From: Octopus vulgaris
Lineage: Eukaryota
Assembly (NCBI GenBank): GCA_951406725.2
Contig: OX597820.1
Span: 81,530,001 to 81,594,000 of the forward strand
Length of the DNA: 64,000 bases
Reading direction: 5' to 3'
A program made the translations under genes and the position numbers. Below, one piece after another: positions 57,170 to 64,000 of the stretch (position 1 is the first letter of the stretch; every line of letters starts with the position of its first letter). The notes under the pieces were generated by a model, which ran no database searches, was not told the DNA's origin, and saw only the letters and a program-made list of their open reading frames with translations.

Positions 57170-58710
57170 TATGTACACATACATACACATACACACGCAT
57201 GCATCCCTACTCACATACATACACGCATACATACTTACACACACACATACACACACACACATACCCGCACACACACACACATACATACATACATACACAC
57301 ACATACATACTTAAGACATACACACACACAGACATACACCCATACACTCACACTCACACGCATACACACACACACATATACACGCACACGCACACATACA
57401 CACACACCTACATACATACATTACACTTGTACACACACACACTTACATTCATACATACACACACCTATACAGCCATACCTTCACTCATACATACACACAT
57501 ACCTACACACACACACACAAACACACACAGACACACACCCATACATACATACACCTATACACACACGCCTACACACACACACATACACACACACACACAT
57601 ACATACGCACACACACATACTTACACACATACACACACACACACACACACATACATACATACATACACCCATACACATACACACATACATACTTACATAC
57701 TCCTATACACACATACATACACACAGACATACACACATACACACTCACACATACATACACACACACATACTTACACACACACTCACCTGCACGCGCACAC
57801 ACATGCATGGCACACACCCATACACTCACACTCACATACACACACACCAACATATACACGCACACGCACACATACACGCACACCTACACTCCCACACACA
57901 TACATAGCACCTACATACACACACACACGCATACACACGCACACACACGCATACATACATATATTACATACGTACACACACACCTGCATACACTCATACC
58001 CTCACCCATACATACACACACACACACAAACATACACGGACACACCCATACATACATACATACACCTATACACACACGCCCACACACCTACATACACACA
58101 CATGCATACACACACATACATGGACACACCCATACATACATACATACATACACCGATGCACACACGCCCACACACCTACATACACACACATGCATACACA
58201 CACACATGTACACACACATATACGCACATACATATATACTTACACACATGCACACACACACACACATACATACGCATATGCATGCACACGCGCACACCTA
58301 CACGCATGTACGCATACATGCATACACACACACACGCGCACGTACACATACATACATACACACACACATACATACACCCATACACATACATGCATCCTAT
58401 ACACACAGACATACACACATACATACACACACATACACACACACACACATACACACACACACGTACATACATACACACTCATACACATACACACTCATAC
58501 ACATACACACACACATACACACGGACATACATCTATACACACACATATACACACACATACTTACATACATTCATTCGGACACACTGACACCCAGACATAC
58601 ACACAGACACACTCACACATCCACACACACACATACTTACACACACACTCGCAGGCGCGCGCACATACATGCATGTGCGCGTTCGCGCACGCATACACAC
58701 ATGCATGCAC
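57170..58710. repeat. Long degenerate (CA)/(CATA)-rich tract
   Basis: About 1.5 kb of mixed CACA/CATA units; source of the spurious His/Thr ORFs. Confidence 0.95.
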
Positions 58711-59397
58711 CACGCCCGTGGGTACCGACTAGATCTCCTGTTCGTATCTGGGGCCGGCGTGTTCTTGGGGTTCTCTTACACCTGTCACCGCGGGAGCACT
58801 TTTCCATCTTTCCCTCAGTTGCAGTTTGTTTCCTTAATACCCCCCCTTTTGTACACACACGCACACACATACATACACCCACTCCCACGCAATCACACAC
58901 ACACATTTGCATATATATATACATTACACTTACACACACTTCAAATTTACTTGCCATACATACAACTACGCACACTGGACACACACACACTACCACTCAA
59001 CACACACACTGGCACGTTACATACGCCCCCACCCATTCCCTCCTTCCTCCTTTTACCACTGACCACTCACTTGCTACTGCTATGTCAACTACATTTCGCC
59101 CTACGTACACACACTTACATACAGACACACGCACTAACATATACATATATTTTTTTCTTATCTCGCCTCACACACACATACACACACGCACACGTACACA
59201 CTCACACATACATACACATTATCTTTCCTATTCATCGAGTTGTTACCAACCTTCCTTTCTCCGCTCTTTTGTCTTTAAAAACTAGCCCCCGTTATCCAAA
59301 ACTTCCGGCCTTTCAGCATGTTTATTTCGTAAAAACCAGTCGCGTTCTTTTTCCCTCCGTTCGCCCACCTCGGGACTTTCTTTCTTCCTTCTCTTAT

Positions 59398-59432
59398 GTT
59401 TCCGACGAAGAGCTCCGCTCGAAACGTCATAC
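59398..59432 (+). ncRNA. Minimal hammerhead, variant core (CCGACGA + extra A)
   Basis: GTTT-CCGACGA-A-GAGC tcc GCTC-GAAA-CGTC-ATAC; same GAGC/GCTC stem II and downstream TTCCTGAGCGCC as 684-750. Confidence 0.6.
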
Positions 59433-59521
59433 CCTCCTTCTTCCCTCTTTCCTGAGCGCCTAATAATAATACCTTAATTGTTCCACGTGTTGTTGTTTTT
59501 TCTGTTTTCCCGTTTGGATTA

Positions 59522-59574
<53 letters not shown>

Positions 59575-60427
59575 GTAACAGAAAAGAGGAATTTCGATTA
59601 TCCCCACGTGGTGAGTTGTAATGTATATAAGAAAATGAAAAAGGAAAATACGCACACTTACATAGTTTTAATATAATTTTTAATATATCGACTTCTTACT
59701 AGACATGCACGCCAGCGCTGCGCATATATATATATAGGTTATAAAAGATAATGGAGTCATTGAGATGCTGGTTCTACTTCATAAACATCAACCTCTGAAA
59801 GTTACCATCTGACAAGGTGGCTCTCTTAGAGAATAGGCGCTCAACTGCAGCCCTGGATGGGATGGCGGTGTTATACTTGGTAAACAGGTCGATGAAGACC
59901 TGCTCATCCAAAAAGGCAGGGGACTTCAATCAGGACCGCTTTCGAGACGGCTTCCATCCAGGTCTTCACCAAGCTCTGCGCTTTGGATTTCAGTGACCTG
60001 TGGCTCCAGTTCTCCCGGAATTGAGTGATGTTGCTGAAGAATTCATCTTCCTCATACACTCTCATTGCTGGTGGTGCTGCTGCCCTCTTCAATGGTCTCC
60101 ATGTGGTTTGTACTATTTTTCGCGGGTAGGAGGAGGCAAGACATTCGATCGTTATATCTTATAATCATATTTTCTTTATAGACCTCACACAGATTGTAGT
60201 TTAACATTTGTTACTAGGCTGCTCTCAATTCATGGAAATATTGCTCATGATTTAAAGCCGTGTTATTAAACTTTTGAAAATAGTGACACTACCTTGAAAG
60301 GTGACGCGTTGGATGGGAGGATGGAATGATGGTCGGAATTTGATAGATTCGGAACTTAAGGTTCGTTCATTTGTAATTTCATTGAAGACTGTGCATACTT
60401 AATCATGAGTTGAACATATATATATTT

Positions 60428-61265
60428 TTAGGTCTTAGTGGTCGACTTCATTTTCATTGTGCGTTTTCGCGACACCGTCTGAAATTCCATGATTTCTTCA
60501 GACGGTGTCATGACTGCTTCTGCTTGCTCTTCCTTACTGGTAGAGGCGGTCGTCTTTTCGGTAATAGTCTCCTTGGCTGGTGATGACGCCTCTTCACTTT
60601 TTTCTTCCTTTTTTTCTTTTTCTTCGTTTTCCTTTTTCTTAGTGGGGCACTTTGATCTTAAGTGAACCGCCCTCACAGTCTCCTCACCAATAAGTATGCT
60701 TTCTGGAAAACTTTCCAAATCGGTGCTCGTGGCCTGCGCAAGGATCTCCAGATTGTGACCCCACCAGTTTTGTGGAGCGTCTCTGGAGATATGTATAATA
60801 TTTATCTTGTCCTCTCTTCCGAACAATATGGTGGCCACGATCCACATCGACTCGACTTCTGGTGAGATGTTCTTCACTTTTATTCGGGATATCCTTCTTC
60901 TGAAATATAATGGTAAAAGCATTAATTTACAGTTCTGCAAGATAAGAACCTAGCTTCTATTGTCGCAAATCTAGGGCCTCGGGCCAAGTATTTTATTTGA
61001 TTTAATACCGACCCAAGACACTTTTCCACGGTGCTCTTTTCAAAATGTTCAAATTTCTTCTCTAGTGCATCATTAGATTTATAAATAATTATTTTTCTCT
61101 AGTTTTGTTGATTAACTCGTTCGGTAGATTAATCCTGCTTTCGCCGTTTTCCTCGGTTATCATACCGAAGTATGCTCGACTTTCCTCTTTTTTCAGACTA
61201 ATCATTTTAGTTCCGCCAACAGCGGCGGTAAAATTCAATTTTTGTGTTTCTTCAGTTGAAGACAT
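60428..61265 (-). pseudogene. LINE ORF1/gag-like remnant
   Basis: ATG at 61265; LARGPRFATIEARF, then a frameshift to LLPLYFRRRISRIKVKNISPEV..W.VA, truncated knuckle HLRSKCP and a charged tail. Confidence 0.5.
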
Positions 61266-61276
61266 TTTTAATATAC

Positions 61277-61370
61277 AAACTTTACTTTATCAGTTCAATA
61301 AAGGCAACAATGCAAAGAAAAGTGCAAGTTCTATTAATGCAGTATATGGGGATCGGACAATAAACGTAGT
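61277..61370 (+). mobile_element. mariner transposase N-terminal HTH fragment
   Basis: LLYQFNKGNNAKKSASSINAVYGDRTIN. Confidence 0.65.
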
Positions 61371-61379
61371 AAACAGTAA

Positions 61380-62141
61380 CAATAGAAGACACTTGCCCAA
61401 GTTGATAAGTAGTGGGACTGAACCCGAAACTATGTAGTTGGGAAGCAAGCTTTTTACCACACAGACACGCCTGCATCTCTCACACACACACACATGCGTG
61501 CGCGTGTATGTGTGTGTTTGGAGAAAAGAGGTGCGTCTTCAAGTTTATTGCGAGAGGGTACAAATTAGCATGATCACCTGATGATACATTAAAAATATTC
61601 CTTTCACAGCTGATCAGACATTAACTCACGCCACGTGCTTCAAGTCCTATTGGCTGTCACTGTTTGTGTGATATCCTTATATTTTACTGCTCATGTGGCG
61701 TGATTCACGTCACAGCAAAACACGAAAGCAAAAACATTCTAGATTTAATATGGCACGTACGCTCATTCACACTCACAAATGGTTACGCATACAATTGTGT
61801 ACACACACACACATATATATATGCGTCTGTGTATGTGTGTATGCTAATATGTGTGCGTTTGTGTGTGTGTGTGTGTATGTGTATATATTAAAGACACACA
61901 AATAGACACACGCATACATACTTATACGTAAAAGTATATGCCTGTTTGCGTGTATAGATAACTACATACATGGCTTTGTGGTCAGAAGTTTCCTTCCCAT
62001 CCTCATAGTTCTGGTTTCAGTCTAAATACCTGGTATCTTTGGCAATTGCCTTCTACGACAGCCAGGCGCTCACAAAAGCCTTGTGAGTGGATCTTTTAGA
62101 CAAACTTAAAGAAGTCCGTTGTATATAAATATATGCGTGCA

Positions 62142-62179
<38 letters not shown>

Positions 62180-62295
62180 TTTGTTTGTGTGTGTGTGTGT
62201 GTGTGTGTATCTGTGTATGAGGACGTGTGCCGTGAGTTACCGTTTGTCCTCACCTCCACTTGACATCCGGTTTCGGTTTGTTTACGTCAATTTAA
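61380..62295. repeat. Old local duplication, copy 2
   Basis: Collinear with 55480-56380. Confidence 0.85.
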
Positions 62296-62297
62296 CT

Positions 62298-62472
62298 CAT
62301 ACAGTTCTATATTTAAGAGATGAGGAATTATGTACATTATTTACATTATTTACATTTGACGGATATTTGTCCCCATCGTTTTTGTTATTAACATAATGTT
62401 TCGGCTGATATACCCCCCAGCCTTCATCAGGTGTCTTGGGGAAATTTTGAACATGGGTTCTCATTCCTAAGA

Positions 62473-62555
<83 letters not shown>

Positions 62556-62652
62556 TTACACACTACGCCATATACCCACGGGCATATGGCGTAGTGGTTA
62601 AGAGCACAGGCTACTAATGCCAAGATTCCGAGTTCGATTCCAGGCAATGACG

Positions 62653-62655
<3 letters not shown>
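62298..62655. mobile_element. tRNA-headed SINE carrying a hammerhead (minus strand) joined head to head to an intact tRNA-like head (plus strand)
   Basis: Plus head 62580-62655: TGGCGTAGTGG A box, AGTTCGATTCC B box, then (AAT)n. Minus: truncated head, (AAT)n, body, hammerhead at 62391-62434. Confidence 0.7.
62391..62434 (-). ncRNA. Minimal type I hammerhead
   Basis: Minus strand ACAC-CTGATGA-A-GGCTG gggggtatat CAGCC-GAAA-CATT-ATGT; perfect stem II, with mismatches in stems I and III. Confidence 0.7.
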
Positions 62656-62722
<67 letters not shown>

Positions 62723-62726
62723 TGGG

Positions 62727-63040
62727 TTGTTCGTTCAACATCCTTAAAAATCCTTATTCAGGGACCTTTTGAGCGGGATGGGTTACTCGACCAGAAGAAA
62801 ATTCTAACTGGGCCCCAACTGCAAGGTCATACGCTGTTTATCTTGATATGAGATCACCATGTCGCGTACATATGGTTGTTATGCATGTGCCTGGTGTACC
62901 CTTATCAGACGGGTAGTCATGATGGGTATACTGGGCTTCGTATATTTTACCCCAGTGTCACTTTGATTGTCTGCACTGCTCTCTCACTCAATAATAATAA
63001 TAATAATAATAATAATATTAATAATAATAATAATAATAAT
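62727..63040 (+). mobile_element. SINE-like family with (AAT)n tail, copy 3 of 3
   Basis: Homologous to 13515-13775 and 37985-38335; lies between (AAT)n arrays. Confidence 0.85.
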
Positions 63041-63044
63041 CGTT

Positions 63045-63960
63045 AAAGCCTTCTTCGAGTGAGTCAACATTTTCTTCGGACCAGCAGTGAAAAAATACCT
63101 TCTATAGAACAATCTTCCTCTCAAGATCCTTCTCATCCTCAACAATGCTCTTGCTCACCCTCCCAATCTTGAAGTTGATATTCTGGACGAATTTAAACTT
63201 ATAAAAGTTCTGTACCTTTCTCTACCTTTTTTTAAAAATTTTCTCTTTAACTCTTATGAATTAGTTTTAGAGGGACAACCGTTCACATTTTTACAACAGT
63301 CCATAGACCAAGGTGATTTCTAATTTTAAGAAATTGTACACCAATTGAAGTCGCCGAAAGTACAAATCTAATCTTTCGTGAGTTTTAGAGGAAGTATTAC
63401 AACATTGTAAACTGCCTGAAAATCATCTATATGGCCTGGCAGGGAGTAACGAGGAGAACGCTAAATTCTGCATGAAAGAAACTGTGACCTGACTGCGTAT
63501 CCGAAAGAGATTTCGAGGGGTTTGAATCTGAGATACCTGTAGTCGAGGAGATAGTGTCTCTTGGCAACTCCATGGGCCTCGAGGCTGATGATAGGGACAT
63601 TAACGATCCCATGAAGGAACACCCAAAGGAGCTGACGGCAGATGAACCTCTGCAGCTTCAGGAGCAACAACATTTGGATGCAGTGGAAGAGATTGGTTAC
63701 CCGGAGGAGGAATGTTATCTCTACGGGTGACATAAAGGCAGTGTTGGCAAAGAGGCAGTCTTTTTCTGAATTTGTAGAAACATATCATAATGAAAAAGTA
63801 GCTACAGGTCGTGAAGCTGGTTTATTTATTGACACTGCTCTGACGCATTTTGGTAACATTTTGAAAGGCAGGAAAAGCAAACTTCTTTTGATAAGTTTCT
63901 ACTGAAACGACCTGCAAGTGTGAAAAGTGAAGAAAGTGTGTCCAAAAAGCCTAAATGAAG
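63045..63960 (+). mobile_element. Tigger (TIGD1-like) transposase remnant
   Basis: FGPAVKKYL..NNLPLKILLILNNALAHPPNL, QSIDQG, NIVNCLKIIYMAWQGVTRRTLNSA, RDFEGFE. Confidence 0.85.
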
Positions 63961-64000
63961 GGAAGTGAGAGTGAAAACGCCAGAAATTGTTCTTCCTGAA

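Noticed and set aside
56906-59285. Long ORFs of 333, 483 and 492 aa rich in His/Thr/Tyr
   Set aside because: Translations of a degenerate (CA)n/(CATA)n tract that lacks stop codons in several frames; no domain signal
62580-62655. tRNA gene
   Set aside because: Has A and B boxes but no clear acceptor stem or oligo-T terminator and runs into (AAT)n; better explained as a SINE head (same for 4382, 5547, 36840)

Overview
Eukaryotic, AT-rich, microsatellite-saturated intergenic or intronic DNA. The repeat landscape (abundant tRNA-derived SINEs, (TA)n/(CA)n/(AAT)n arrays, R4/Dong, RTE, CR1, L1/Tx1, Penelope, mariner, pogo/Tigger and Helitron remnants) resembles a cephalopod (Octopus-like) genome, which is my inference. 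I found no host protein-coding gene. Nearly all track ORFs are translated microsatellites, and the only long real ORF is a 5'-truncated R4/Dong-type retrotransposon (about 21414-23410, minus strand). The most notable structure is a set of about a dozen type I hammerhead ribozyme motifs (CUGANGA...GAAA...NUH, palindromic stem III) from several distinct short element families. One is fully canonical (36392-36477), one lies directly downstream of a Penelope GIY-YIG remnant, and one is coupled to a tRNA-derived Pol III SINE head. Several are paired with an inverted or dispersed copy of the downstream segment that starts at or next to the predicted self-cleavage site. All calls were made by eye; no database searches were run.
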